A stretch of 58,296 nt of DNA from Thermoplasmata archaeon (lineage in GTDB: Archaea > Thermoplasmatota > Thermoplasmata > RBG-16-68-12 > EA-27), in NCBI GenBank assembly GCA_035283165.1, contig DATEUK010000007.1:1-58296 (forward strand), in the 5' to 3' direction. The translations under genes and the position numbers were made by a program. A model generated the notes under the pieces. That model was not told the DNA's origin, did not search any database, and was given only the letters and a program-made list of their open reading frames with translations. Position 1 is the stretch's first letter. Each line of letters begins with the position of its first letter. Of the stretch, positions 25,605-34,170 are shown piece after piece.

Positions 25605-26351
25605 ATGGCGACGTGCCCGAAGTGCGGCGCGAAGGTCCGCAAGGAGCGGCTCCGCCGGCACGTGAGCACGGTCCACGTGGAGGGAACGCGGGCCCCCAAG
25701 GTCGCGACCGGTTCCGCGAGGGCGGCCGCGAGGGCCGCGACGGTCACGTTCCCGTGGCAACTGATCGCCGTCATCGGCGTGGTGTCCGCCGTCGTGGGTG
25801 CCGGGTACTGGGCGCTCGCCCAGCAGCCGTCCAGCCCGCCGAACCCGCCCGGTCCCTCCGTTTCGCGGATCGCGGTCTTGGAGGTCACCTACGGGTCGTT
25901 CTCGGGCGTCATCAAGATCCACCTCGACGAGCGGGCCCCTGGGACGGCGGCCAACTTCATCCAGCTCGTGGAGAACGGCGACTACGACGGGAACTCATTT
26001 CACCGGGTGGCGGCGAGCTTCGTGATCCAGGGAGGCGCGGTGTCGGGTGCGGCCTCCGTCGCGTGGGAGAGCACGGGGCTCCTGAACGAGTACCTCTCCG
26101 TCGCGATGGCCCGCTCCGGGGACGCGAACGAGGCGAGTTCGAAGGACACCGCGACGAGCCAGTTCTTCATCAACCTGAACAACAATCCCTCGCTCGACAA
26201 CTTCGCCTGGCCGTACGTGGTCTTCGGGCACGTGGTTTCCGGCGAGTCCCTGGTGCGCGGGATCGGCGGGCTGTTCCCGTCGGGGGAACCTTCGTACGAC
26301 GGACCACCGACGCAGACCGTGACGATCACGCGCGCGTACATGGAGAGCTAG
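25605..26351 (+). CDS. Membrane-anchored cyclophilin-type peptidyl-prolyl isomerase with an N-terminal C2H2-like zinc finger
   Basis: MATCPKCGAKVRKERLRRHVSTVH, then TM span WQLIAVIGVVSAVVGAGYWAL, then the cyclophilin core GTAANFIQLVENGDYDGNSFHRV...QFFINL...VFGHVVSG. Confidence 0.85.
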   Translation: MATCPKCGAKVRKERLRRHVSTVHVEGTRAPKVATGSARAAARAATVTFPWQLIAVIGVVSAVVGAGYWALAQQPSSPPNPPGPSVSRIAVLEVTYGSFSGVIKIHLDERAPGTAANFIQLVENGDYDGNSFHRVAASFVIQGGAVSGAASVAWESTGLLNEYLSVAMARSGDANEASSKDTATSQFFINLNNNPSLDNFAWPYVVFGHVVSGESLVRGIGGLFPSGEPSYDGPPTQTVTITRAYMES

Positions 26352-26362
26352 GCCGACATACG

Positions 26363-26370
26363 TTTATCTA
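26363..26370 (+). promoter_or_regulatory. TATA-like box for GluRS
   Basis: TTTATCTA lies 22-29 nt upstream of GTG 26392. Confidence 0.4.
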
Positions 26371-26391
26371 GCGACCTCGGATTCGACGCGC

Positions 26392-28062
26392 GTGGTCCGC
26401 GATCTCGCACGGAAGTATGCGCTCCTCAACGCTGTCCAGCACGATGGAAGGGCGAACGCGAAGGCCGTGTTGGGCCGCCTCCTCGCGGAGGACGCGTCCC
26501 TCCGACCCCGCGCGAAGGACCTAACGAAGCTCGTCGAGGACGTCGTCGCCGCGGTGAACGCCCTCGACCGGGACGCCCAGCGGGCGGAGATCGAGGGGAC
26601 GGCCCCCGAGCTGCTCAAGAGACGGCGGGAGGTGAAGGCGCGCGAGTTGCCCGACCTTTCGAACGTCCGCGGATCCGTCGTGATGCGCTTTGCGCCGTTC
26701 CCCTCAGGCCCCCTCCACATCGGCCACGCCCGCGCGATCTTCCTGAACGACTACTACGTGCGCCGATACGGCGGGAAGCTCATCCTCGCGTACGACGACA
26801 CGATCGGGAGCGAGCAGAAGCCCCTGATGCCGGAAGCGTACGACCTCATCCGCGATGGGATCGGGTGGCTCGGCGTGAGCGTCCACGAGGAGATCTACAA
26901 GAGCGACCGCATGCCCGCGTTCTACCAGACCGGCGACCTGCTCCTCGCGCGCGGCGGCGCGTACGTGTGCGAGTGCCCGCCCGCGGACCTGAGGGCAAAC
27001 CGGGAGAAGGGCGTCGCGTGCGCACACCGGGGCCGCGCGCCCGAGGAGAACCTCGACCTCTGGCGGCGGATGCTCAAGGGCGAGTTCGGGGAGGGGGAGG
27101 CGATCGTCCGGATCCGGACGGACGTGAGGCACCCGAACCCCGCGTTCCGGGACCGCGTCCTCTTCCGGATCAGCGAGCGCGAGCATCCGCGCGTGGGCAG
27201 GAAGTACCGCGTGTGGCCGCTCCTCGAGTTCTCCTGGGCGGTGGACGACCACCTGCTGGGAGTCACGCACGTGCTCCGCGGCAAGGACCTCGTCATGGAG
27301 GACGAGATGGAGAGGGCGATCTGGGACCGCCTGGACGTGCAGCGCCGCCCGGAGTTCATCCACTACGGCTTCCTCTTCTTCAAGGACATGGACCTGAGCA
27401 AGAGCCAGCTCGCGCGGGACATCCGGGAAGGCCGTCTGGCGGGTGTCGACGACCCCCGCACGTGGACGCTCCAGTCCCTTCGCCGCCGCGGGATCTCCCC
27501 GGAGGCGTTGCGGACGTTCATCCTATCCTTCGGGATCTCCCTGACGGACGTCGAGGTCAGCGCGGACAACCTGTACGCGGAGAACCGCAAGGTCATCGAC
27601 GCGTCCGCGAACCGGTACTTCTTCGTCCCCGAGCCGGTGAAGATCACGATCGAGGGGCTGCCGGCCATCGACCAGGTCCAGGCGCCGGTCCACCCGGACT
27701 TTCCGGAGCGCGGCACGAGGGCCCTGGCGGTGTCGCCGATCGTCTACGTCCCGCACGTCGACTACGATGCGTTCACGCGCCAAGAGGTGCGACTCAAGGA
27801 CTTTTGCAATGTAGTCTTGGACGTGCGGTCGGAGTTCACGGGCCGCGAGCTGAAAGACGTCCCGAAGATTCAGTGGGTTGCCGAGCCCCACGGCGTCGCG
27901 ACGCGCGTCGTGATGCCCGACGGCGGGGTGTCGGAAGGCCTCGCGGAGTCGAACCTGCGAAGCGCCAGGGAAGGTGACGTCGTGCAGTTCGAGCGGTTCG
28001 GGTTCGTGCGGGTCGACTCGATCGGTGCGGACGGCATCACGTGCTGCTTCGCACACCGATGA
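26392..28062 (+). CDS. gltX: Glutamyl-tRNA synthetase (archaeal type)
   Basis: FAPFPSGPLHIGHARA, WPLLEFSWAVDDHLLGVTHVLRGKD. The 556-aa length is typical of archaeal GluRS. Confidence 0.93.
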   Translation: MVRDLARKYALLNAVQHDGRANAKAVLGRLLAEDASLRPRAKDLTKLVEDVVAAVNALDRDAQRAEIEGTAPELLKRRREVKARELPDLSNVRGSVVMRFAPFPSGPLHIGHARAIFLNDYYVRRYGGKLILAYDDTIGSEQKPLMPEAYDLIRDGIGWLGVSVHEEIYKSDRMPAFYQTGDLLLARGGAYVCECPPADLRANREKGVACAHRGRAPEENLDLWRRMLKGEFGEGEAIVRIRTDVRHPNPAFRDRVLFRISEREHPRVGRKYRVWPLLEFSWAVDDHLLGVTHVLRGKDLVMEDEMERAIWDRLDVQRRPEFIHYGFLFFKDMDLSKSQLARDIREGRLAGVDDPRTWTLQSLRRRGISPEALRTFILSFGISLTDVEVSADNLYAENRKVIDASANRYFFVPEPVKITIEGLPAIDQVQAPVHPDFPERGTRALAVSPIVYVPHVDYDAFTRQEVRLKDFCNVVLDVRSEFTGRELKDVPKIQWVAEPHGVATRVVMPDGGVSEGLAESNLRSAREGDVVQFERFGFVRVDSIGADGITCCFAHR

Positions 28063-28107
28063 CCTGGCGGCATGCGACCGCGCGATAAGGCTTAGTAGAG
28101 GCCCGCG

Positions 28108-29286
28108 ATGCGCGGCGGGATGCGCCCCGTCGCGGCCCGCCTGAAGCCCATCACGCCGTCCGCGACGGTCCGCTTGGGCGCGCTCGTAAACGAATTGAAG
28201 GCCCGCGGCGAGGATCTCGTTTCCTTCTCCGTGGGCGAACCCGATTTCCCCACACCGTCACACATCGTCGAGGCCGCCAAACGCGCGCTGGACGCGGGCA
28301 TGACGAAGTACGTGGGGCCTCAGGGTATCCCCGCGCTGCGCGAGGCGATCGCGGAGAAGATGAAGCGGGAGAACGCGGTCCCCTGCGGTCCGGAGGGCGT
28401 CCTCGTCGCCCCGACGAAACACGCGCTGTTCATCACGCTCATGGGCCTCGTCGAGCCCGGCGACGAGGTCTTGTTCCAAGATCCGGGCTGGGTGTCCTAC
28501 GCGCCAATGGTCCACCTGGCAGGGGGTCGACCCGTGCCCGTCGCTGCGGACGAATCCACGGGATTCGAGCTCACGCCGGAGGCCGTGGCCCCGGCGATCA
28601 CGGACCGCACGAAGGTCCTGGTCATCAACTCCCCGAGCAACCCCGCTGGGTCCGTGTTCTCGAAGGAGACGCTGAAGGGCCTTTGCGACGTCGTCATGGA
28701 CCACGACCTCTTCTTGGTCAGCGACGAGATCTACGAGAAGATCCGGTACGAGGGGTCGCACTACAGCCCCGCCTCGTTCGACGGCATGTTCGACCGGACC
28801 GTCACGGTCCACGGCTTCTCGAAGACGTACGCGATGACCGGCTGGCGGCTCGGATGGCTCTGCGGGGAGACGTCGTTGGTGAAGCAGCTTGTGAAGGTGC
28901 AGGAACACACGATCACGTGCGCCCCAGGGTTCGTCCAGATGGCGGGCGTGGCGGCTCTGAACGGAGCCCCGGCGGTCGTCCAGTCGATGGTCGACGAGTT
29001 CCGCGCGCGGCGGGACCTCATGATGGGGGAGTTCGCGTCGATCCCGGGATTCCACGTCTCCCGCCCCGCCGGGGCGTTCTACTTCTTTCCCCGATACGAC
29101 GCGGACATCCCGAGCGACGAGTTCGCGGAGCGCCTGCTGACGGAGGCGCGTGTGGCGGTGACGCCCGGCTCCGCATTCGGCGCGGCGGGGGAGGGCCACC
29201 TCCGGTTCTCCTACGCCTGCTCCCAGGAGGACATCCGGACGGGGATGGCCAGGGTACGCTCGTTCGTGGGGAAGGTCGCGGGTTAA
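28108..29286 (+). CDS. Class I/II pyridoxal-phosphate aminotransferase (aspartate aminotransferase-like)
   Basis: GEPDFPTP, NSPSNPAGSVF and HGFSKTYAMTGWRLGW (PLP lysine motif). Confidence 0.88.
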   Translation: MRGGMRPVAARLKPITPSATVRLGALVNELKARGEDLVSFSVGEPDFPTPSHIVEAAKRALDAGMTKYVGPQGIPALREAIAEKMKRENAVPCGPEGVLVAPTKHALFITLMGLVEPGDEVLFQDPGWVSYAPMVHLAGGRPVPVAADESTGFELTPEAVAPAITDRTKVLVINSPSNPAGSVFSKETLKGLCDVVMDHDLFLVSDEIYEKIRYEGSHYSPASFDGMFDRTVTVHGFSKTYAMTGWRLGWLCGETSLVKQLVKVQEHTITCAPGFVQMAGVAALNGAPAVVQSMVDEFRARRDLMMGEFASIPGFHVSRPAGAFYFFPRYDADIPSDEFAERLLTEARVAVTPGSAFGAAGEGHLRFSYACSQEDIRTGMARVRSFVGKVAG

Positions 29287-29312
29287 AGGGGAAGGCGTAG
29301 GGTGAAAAGGCC

Positions 29313-31661
29313 CTACGCGACCATCTCCGTGTTCCCGCACTTCGGGCACATGACCTCGATCGGCCGCTTGCTCGTCGTGATCTCGATCGGCGAGCCGCAC
29401 GAGCGGCACGTGACGGTCATGGGCGACGTCGGGGGCGCGTACACCGGGGTCGACGGGGACGGGGCGACCTCCTTCGGCGGTTTGGGCGCCTTGGGAGCGC
29501 GAAGGCCGCCGAGGACGCCGCCGCGCATCAGCATCACGAACAGAAGGATCACGAGGATCAGAGCGATGATGCCGAGAATGTCCACCGCCGTGCCGGCCAG
29601 GTTCCCTCCACCGATCCTGACGACCTCAAGGGCCGCCGCGCCGCTGTTCGCGTCGTAGACGATGAACTCCTGACTCCCTTCGTTCGCGTTCGACGGCACG
29701 ACGTACTGGAGGTCCCCTTGCGACTTCGCCGTGGCCACCGAAGTCAGCGGAAGGTTCTCCAGCCCGAGGCGGAAGTCGAATGTCGAGGGCAGCGGGTCAC
29801 CGCCCAGGGCGATTACCCGGTAGTGGACCTTTACCGTGTCGCCGCGCGCGTACGAGTCCCTGTCCAAGGTGATGTCAAGGGTGAACCCGCCGACCTGAAC
29901 AATCGTCAGACGGCCCTCGATCGCCCGCCCCGCTTCGACCGCGGTGACCTTCACGTCGTACCAAGGGGCGGGTGACGCCGGCACGGTGAACACGAAGCTT
30001 GACGCCGCCTCGCCGGATAAGACCAGGGACCCGCCGGCGCCCTGCACTTCGTAGAAGTAGCTGGGGTTCCGGATCCGGTTGCTGGAAAGCTCCCAGCTGA
30101 ATGTGACGGCCTGGTTCGGTACATATCGGTCCGGATTCGCGTTCACGAGAAGCCGACCGAAGACTACGTCGACCTCCACCACATCCCCGTCCCTATTTCC
30201 CTGCCCATCGTCCGCCACGACGGTGAAGCACAAGCGGCCCACGAAATTCCGGTCGATGGCGTACCTGTAGTCCTCGCTCGTCTGCGATGTGGAGGTTGTC
30301 TGCGATCCTCGGAACGTTCCCTGGGGCGGGGGGGCGCCACAGAAGTACGAGCTGGAATCCCGGACCTCGAACGAGTATGTGAGTGTGGCGCCCGCCGCTC
30401 CCGTGACGGATGCCGTGGCCGTGGCGGTGTCGCCCGCTTGGTATTCTGGGCGGTCCAGGTCGAGGACGACGCTCAGGCCGGCCGCGGCGCTAATCATGAA
30501 CGTGTCCGGTCGAGCGGAGAAATTCCAGAAGCCGTAGAACGCGTTCACGCGCACCTCCCAAATCGAATTGTTCGGCACGCTCATCAGGCGGAACAAATAC
30601 GTCAGCTCCCCCTGCGCGTCCGTGACGAGGCCGGTCGCGCCATACTCAGGGTGGAGCACTTCGTTGCCGGAACCCGCGGTGACGTCCCACACCGCGATCA
30701 CCACGGTGGCTCCCGGGGCGGGCGGGTCAAGGATCGAGGGCGACGATTGGGTGTCCGTGGCGACAGTGAGCACTTCGGTCGTGACGATCCCGTTCGGGGC
30801 GTACACGTTCGGGAAGCGACCAGGGGCGACATCCACGATTGCGCTCAGCCGTTCGATGAGGAAGAACGCCCACGCCTGCCGGGCCCGCAGGCCTACGGTC
30901 GTGCTGTTGAACCAGCCCATGACGATGCCCTCGCGATCCGGGTCGACCCCAACAGGGAGCCGCGCCTGGGTCGTTCCAGAGGCTTTCGTGAACTGGAAAG
31001 GCGTCGGGTTGGGCTGGAGGAACGAGTATCCCCACGTCTGGTTATAGACCCAGATCTGGCCGACCCCGTCCGGGGCGAGCGAGCCGTCCTTGAGTCGGGT
31101 CGCGGACCATGAGACGGTGACATTGTCGCCCCCGAGGTACGCAGGGCGATCAACCTCGATCCGGAACTCGTATTCCTGGACTTCGAAGGGACTCGACGCG
31201 GTCATCCTCACGGGTTTTGAATTGCAGTACGCCGTGTCGCCGACCTCGACCGCATACACTGCATCCGGGAGCGGGGACGGCTGGAGGGGCGTCGGGGGGA
31301 TTGTGTACGTGATGGTGAGCTGGCCTGAGGGGGGGATCACCAGATCTTCGATGCACGCGGGATACCCCGATGGCCCTCGGATCGCGACGTCATACACGTC
31401 CCCCGGCTGCGGCGGAACGGTCGTGGTTTCGAGGGTGATGATCAGGTCCTCGCCGGGGATGTAGATGTTCGTCTGTGTGTATCGCCCCGGCGTCAGGATC
31501 GGCGAGGCGAGCGTGAGGGGGGCCCGGGCGGTGGGCACCGCCACCAGGAGGCTGGTTCCGACCGTCATGACGACCAAAACGAAGGCCAACGCACGCGTTC
31601 CGACAACTGCGAACCGAGTCATGGCTAACTCATCCCTTCTGATCCGTGAGGGGGGGCTCAC
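29313..31661 (-). CDS. Surface protein: signal peptide, ~5 repeated beta-sandwich modules, TM anchor and a cytoplasmic zinc ribbon
   Basis: The repeated module opening is D-R-x-x-Y-x-x-G-D-x-V: DRPAYLGGDNVTV, DRPEYQAGDTATA, DRDSYARGDTVKV. TM span ILGIIALILVILLFVMLM. The C-terminus is CRSCGSPIEITTSKRPIEVMCPKCG. The start is either GTG 31661 or ATG 31622. Confidence 0.75.
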   Translation of the reverse strand: MSPPSRIRRDELAMTRFAVVGTRALAFVLVVMTVGTSLLVAVPTARAPLTLASPILTPGRYTQTNIYIPGEDLIITLETTTVPPQPGDVYDVAIRGPSGYPACIEDLVIPPSGQLTITYTIPPTPLQPSPLPDAVYAVEVGDTAYCNSKPVRMTASSPFEVQEYEFRIEVDRPAYLGGDNVTVSWSATRLKDGSLAPDGVGQIWVYNQTWGYSFLQPNPTPFQFTKASGTTQARLPVGVDPDREGIVMGWFNSTTVGLRARQAWAFFLIERLSAIVDVAPGRFPNVYAPNGIVTTEVLTVATDTQSSPSILDPPAPGATVVIAVWDVTAGSGNEVLHPEYGATGLVTDAQGELTYLFRLMSVPNNSIWEVRVNAFYGFWNFSARPDTFMISAAAGLSVVLDLDRPEYQAGDTATATASVTGAAGATLTYSFEVRDSSSYFCGAPPPQGTFRGSQTTSTSQTSEDYRYAIDRNFVGRLCFTVVADDGQGNRDGDVVEVDVVFGRLLVNANPDRYVPNQAVTFSWELSSNRIRNPSYFYEVQGAGGSLVLSGEAASSFVFTVPASPAPWYDVKVTAVEAGRAIEGRLTIVQVGGFTLDITLDRDSYARGDTVKVHYRVIALGGDPLPSTFDFRLGLENLPLTSVATAKSQGDLQYVVPSNANEGSQEFIVYDANSGAAALEVVRIGGGNLAGTAVDILGIIALILVILLFVMLMRGGVLGGLRAPKAPKPPKEVAPSPSTPVYAPPTSPMTVTCRSCGSPIEITTSKRPIEVMCPKCGNTEMVA

Positions 31662-31682
31662 GGTGGCGCGACATCTATCCGT

Positions 31683-31692
31683 TTATATAAAT
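31683..31692 (-). promoter_or_regulatory. TATA box for the 782-aa surface protein gene
   Basis: TTTATATAAA (near-palindromic) lies 22-31 nt upstream of GTG 31661. Confidence 0.45.
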
Positions 31693-31747
31693 AGATTTGT
31701 GCGGCGGTTGAATCCTGAGATGTGGAGAATCTCGCAAGGAGGAATCG

Positions 31748-32347
31748 TCACGCCGCGACCCCGACCGGTGGGGCGTGGGGCGGACCAAGCACGACCGCGA
31801 CGTGCCACTCGTAGGGCTGGGCAAACATCTTGGAGAAGACGGCGCGGGCGCGCACCTCCGGGGACCGAGCGATGGGCGGCGGGGGCGGCATCCTCCGTCT
31901 CGGTGAGGTGCCCCGCACGTCGATCCGGTGTCGGGTCAGGAGCAGCAGGACCGCGTGGGCCTCAGCGACCTTGTGCCTCCGAAGGGCGTCCAGGGCTTGC
32001 GGCCCCGGCATCGTCTCGACGCGGCCGTCTGGAAGGACAAGATCCACCACGCGCCCAAGCGCCCGGTCATGGACCGCGCGAGCGAGTCCCTCGCCCTTGG
32101 GCGTGAGCCGGTACACCTTCCGTCGCGTCGGGTAGCCCGTGATGTGCCCGGTCCGGACCTCGACCCGACCCGCGTCCATCGCCCGCCTCAGTTCGATGGC
32201 GGCGTGGGCTCGGGAGATCCCGAGGGAGTGCGCGATGCCGGACTGACCGAGTTCCGGCGGCACGACGTATTCGTCCTGGACGCGGGCATACTGCGCGAGG
32301 TGCACGACGATCCGTTCCCCGATCGTGACCGGCTTGTTCTCGACCAT
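31748..32347 (-). CDS. Winged-helix transcriptional regulator (MarR/PadR-like N-terminus, Pro-rich C-terminal part)
   Basis: QSGIAHSLGISRAHAAIELRRAMDAGRVEV...RRKVYRLTPKGEGLARAV. Confidence 0.7.
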   Translation of the reverse strand: MVENKPVTIGERIVVHLAQYARVQDEYVVPPELGQSGIAHSLGISRAHAAIELRRAMDAGRVEVRTGHITGYPTRRKVYRLTPKGEGLARAVHDRALGRVVDLVLPDGRVETMPGPQALDALRRHKVAEAHAVLLLLTRHRIDVRGTSPRRRMPPPPPIARSPEVRARAVFSKMFAQPYEWHVAVVLGPPHAPPVGVAA

Positions 32348-32404
32348 GTCAAGGGGATGTGGGCCTGACGGGAACCGTTGTTTGGTACGGCTGCTGTATA
32401 AGGA

Positions 32405-33103
32405 CTAGGGCTTTTTGGTACGTTCTTTTATCCCACTGTCTCTATTTTTATCGCGCCGGTCTCGGGCGTGAGAACACCCGCCTTCGAGGGGGCACTCCCA
32501 GCACCGCGGGCGGGGCCGGCACAGGTGCTTGCCATGCGCGACGAGGAGCGCATGGAACTCCCGATAGCGCGCGAGGTCCGGAGGCACTTGGGACTCGAAG
32601 TACGCCTTCACCGCCGGGTACGCGGGGGAGTTGAACCAGCCGATCCGCGTACCGATCCGCACCGTGTACGCGTCGACGACGAACGTCGGGAACCCTCCTG
32701 CATAGAGCAGGATCGAGTCCGCGGTCTCCGGCCCGATGCCGTCGAGCGCGAGGAGTTCCTCCCGGACCGCCTCGAGGTCGCGTGCGAAGAAGCGACCGAG
32801 GTCGCCCTCCGCGACGCGCACGAGGTGCTGGCAGAAGGCCCTGAGCCGACGCGGCTTCGTCCGATGCAGGCCCGCGGGTCGGACGAGGCTCCGCAGGCGG
32901 TGGATCGAGATCGCCGCCAGCGCGCGGGGATTCAGAACCCCCGTCCGCTTCAAATTCCCGAGCGCCTGCTCGACGTTCGCCCACGACGTCTGGGCCATGA
33001 GGAGGGCGCCGCCGACGACCTCGAACGGCGTCTCTGCGGGCCACCAGTGCTGCGGCCCGAAGCGGGCGAGGAGCCGGTCGTAGACCGCCCCCGGATCGTG
33101 CAC
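32405..33103 (-). CDS. Endonuclease III-related HhH-GPD protein with a C-terminal Fe-S Cys cluster
   Basis: LALDGIGPETADSILLYA (HhH-GPD) and CRPRPRCWECPLEGGC. Confidence 0.8.
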   Translation of the reverse strand: MHDPGAVYDRLLARFGPQHWWPAETPFEVVGGALLMAQTSWANVEQALGNLKRTGVLNPRALAAISIHRLRSLVRPAGLHRTKPRRLRAFCQHLVRVAEGDLGRFFARDLEAVREELLALDGIGPETADSILLYAGGFPTFVVDAYTVRIGTRIGWFNSPAYPAVKAYFESQVPPDLARYREFHALLVAHGKHLCRPRPRCWECPLEGGCSHARDRRDKNRDSGIKERTKKP

Positions 33104-33160
33104 GACGCGCGAAGGACGGAGGCGGAAAAATACTTACCCCACCCTCCGCTTCCGCCGCCA

Positions 33161-33724
33161 GTGGGCCTGAACGAGGACGTGTTCCTCGCCCTGAACGGCG
33201 CGCGCAACGACACGCTCGACCCCGTGATGATTGCGTTCGGCGTGATCGGCCTATCCTACGTCACGTTCCTGTGGGTGGTGCCGCTCTGGCTCGCGAGACG
33301 CCGGAGGGACGCCCTCGACCTCCTCGCCCTCTTGGCGGTCGCGGAACTCCTCGTCTTCCTCCTGAAGTGGGGTCTGGCGGTGGAACGGCCGACCTTCGGA
33401 GACCCCCTCGAGATTCCGCTCGACGACGTCTCCGACCCCGCGTTCCCGAGCGGACACGCGACGCGCGCGTTCGTCCTGGCGACGCTCCTCACCTTGCGAA
33501 TGAAGGATTGGCGGCTGGCGGCGCCGCTGTTCGCGTACGCCACGGTGATGGGCCTCTCCCGGGTCTACGCGGGCGTCCACTGGCCCTCCGACGTGACCGG
33601 AGGGGCGATCCTCGGGATCGCGCTCGCCCTCGCGTTCGATCGAATCACCCGGACGCACGCGTACGCGCGTGCTCGCGATCGCCTCTTGAGGCGCCTGGCG
33701 CCGGAAGCGGCCGCGACCGCCTGA
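33161..33724 (+). CDS. PAP2-family (type 2 phosphatidic acid / polyprenyl-diphosphate) phosphatase
   Basis: PSGHATRA and SRVYAGVHWPSDV. The GTG 33161 start was chosen ~30 nt downstream of AAAAATAC. The track ORF starts at 32468, where it is antisense to the EndoIII-like gene. Confidence 0.8.
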   Translation: MGLNEDVFLALNGARNDTLDPVMIAFGVIGLSYVTFLWVVPLWLARRRRDALDLLALLAVAELLVFLLKWGLAVERPTFGDPLEIPLDDVSDPAFPSGHATRAFVLATLLTLRMKDWRLAAPLFAYATVMGLSRVYAGVHWPSDVTGGAILGIALALAFDRITRTHAYARARDRLLRRLAPEAAATA

Positions 33725-34090
33725 TCACGACTTCGTCCCGAGCACGGACCGAAGCCCCTCGGTCATGTCCTCGATCCCGCGAAGGATCTCCTCCCGCCGC
33801 CCGAGCGCGACGAGCATCGCCTTCGACCCGAGCCCGGACGCCACCAAGGTCCCGTTCGCGGACTCCACCACGATCCGATCCGGGATCGTCCGCCCGAGGC
33901 CGATGTAGAGGACCTCCGCGGCGTTCATCAAGGTCGCGGCCAGGCTCGCGAACGTGTCCGCGTTCAACTCCTTCGGCCCCTGGTGCGCGATGGGCACGCC
34001 GGTTCGCGAGACGACCATCGAGAGGTCGGCGCTGTGGCGTTCGTTGAACTCCCCAAGGAGGCGGTTCAGCTCGCCCGTGGCGGTGGGCAC
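33725..34090 (-). CDS. Roadblock/LC7 (MglB-like) domain protein
   Basis: LSMVVSRTGVPIAHQGPKELNADTFASLAATLMNAAEV...IVVESANGTLVASGLGSKAMLVALG. The GTG 34090 start was chosen 21 nt downstream of the TATA box. Confidence 0.75.
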   Translation of the reverse strand: MPTATGELNRLLGEFNERHSADLSMVVSRTGVPIAHQGPKELNADTFASLAATLMNAAEVLYIGLGRTIPDRIVVESANGTLVASGLGSKAMLVALGRREEILRGIEDMTEGLRSVLGTKS

Positions 34091-34110
34091 GCCGTCGGAT
34101 TCGGCGGTCG

Positions 34111-34118
34111 CTATATAA
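34111..34118 (-). promoter_or_regulatory. TATA box for the Roadblock gene
   Basis: The minus strand reads CGTTATATAGCG. GTG 34090 follows after 21 nt. Confidence 0.45.
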
Positions 34119-34138
34119 CGATTCGCGGATGGGCAAGG

Positions 34139-34144
34139 ATTAAT
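34139..34144 (+). promoter_or_regulatory. TATA-like box for the aminopeptidase gene
   Basis: GATTAATCC lies 27-32 nt upstream of ATG 34171. Confidence 0.35.
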
Positions 34145-34170
34145 CCGGAGCGTGCCGATGGCCGCGTCCG

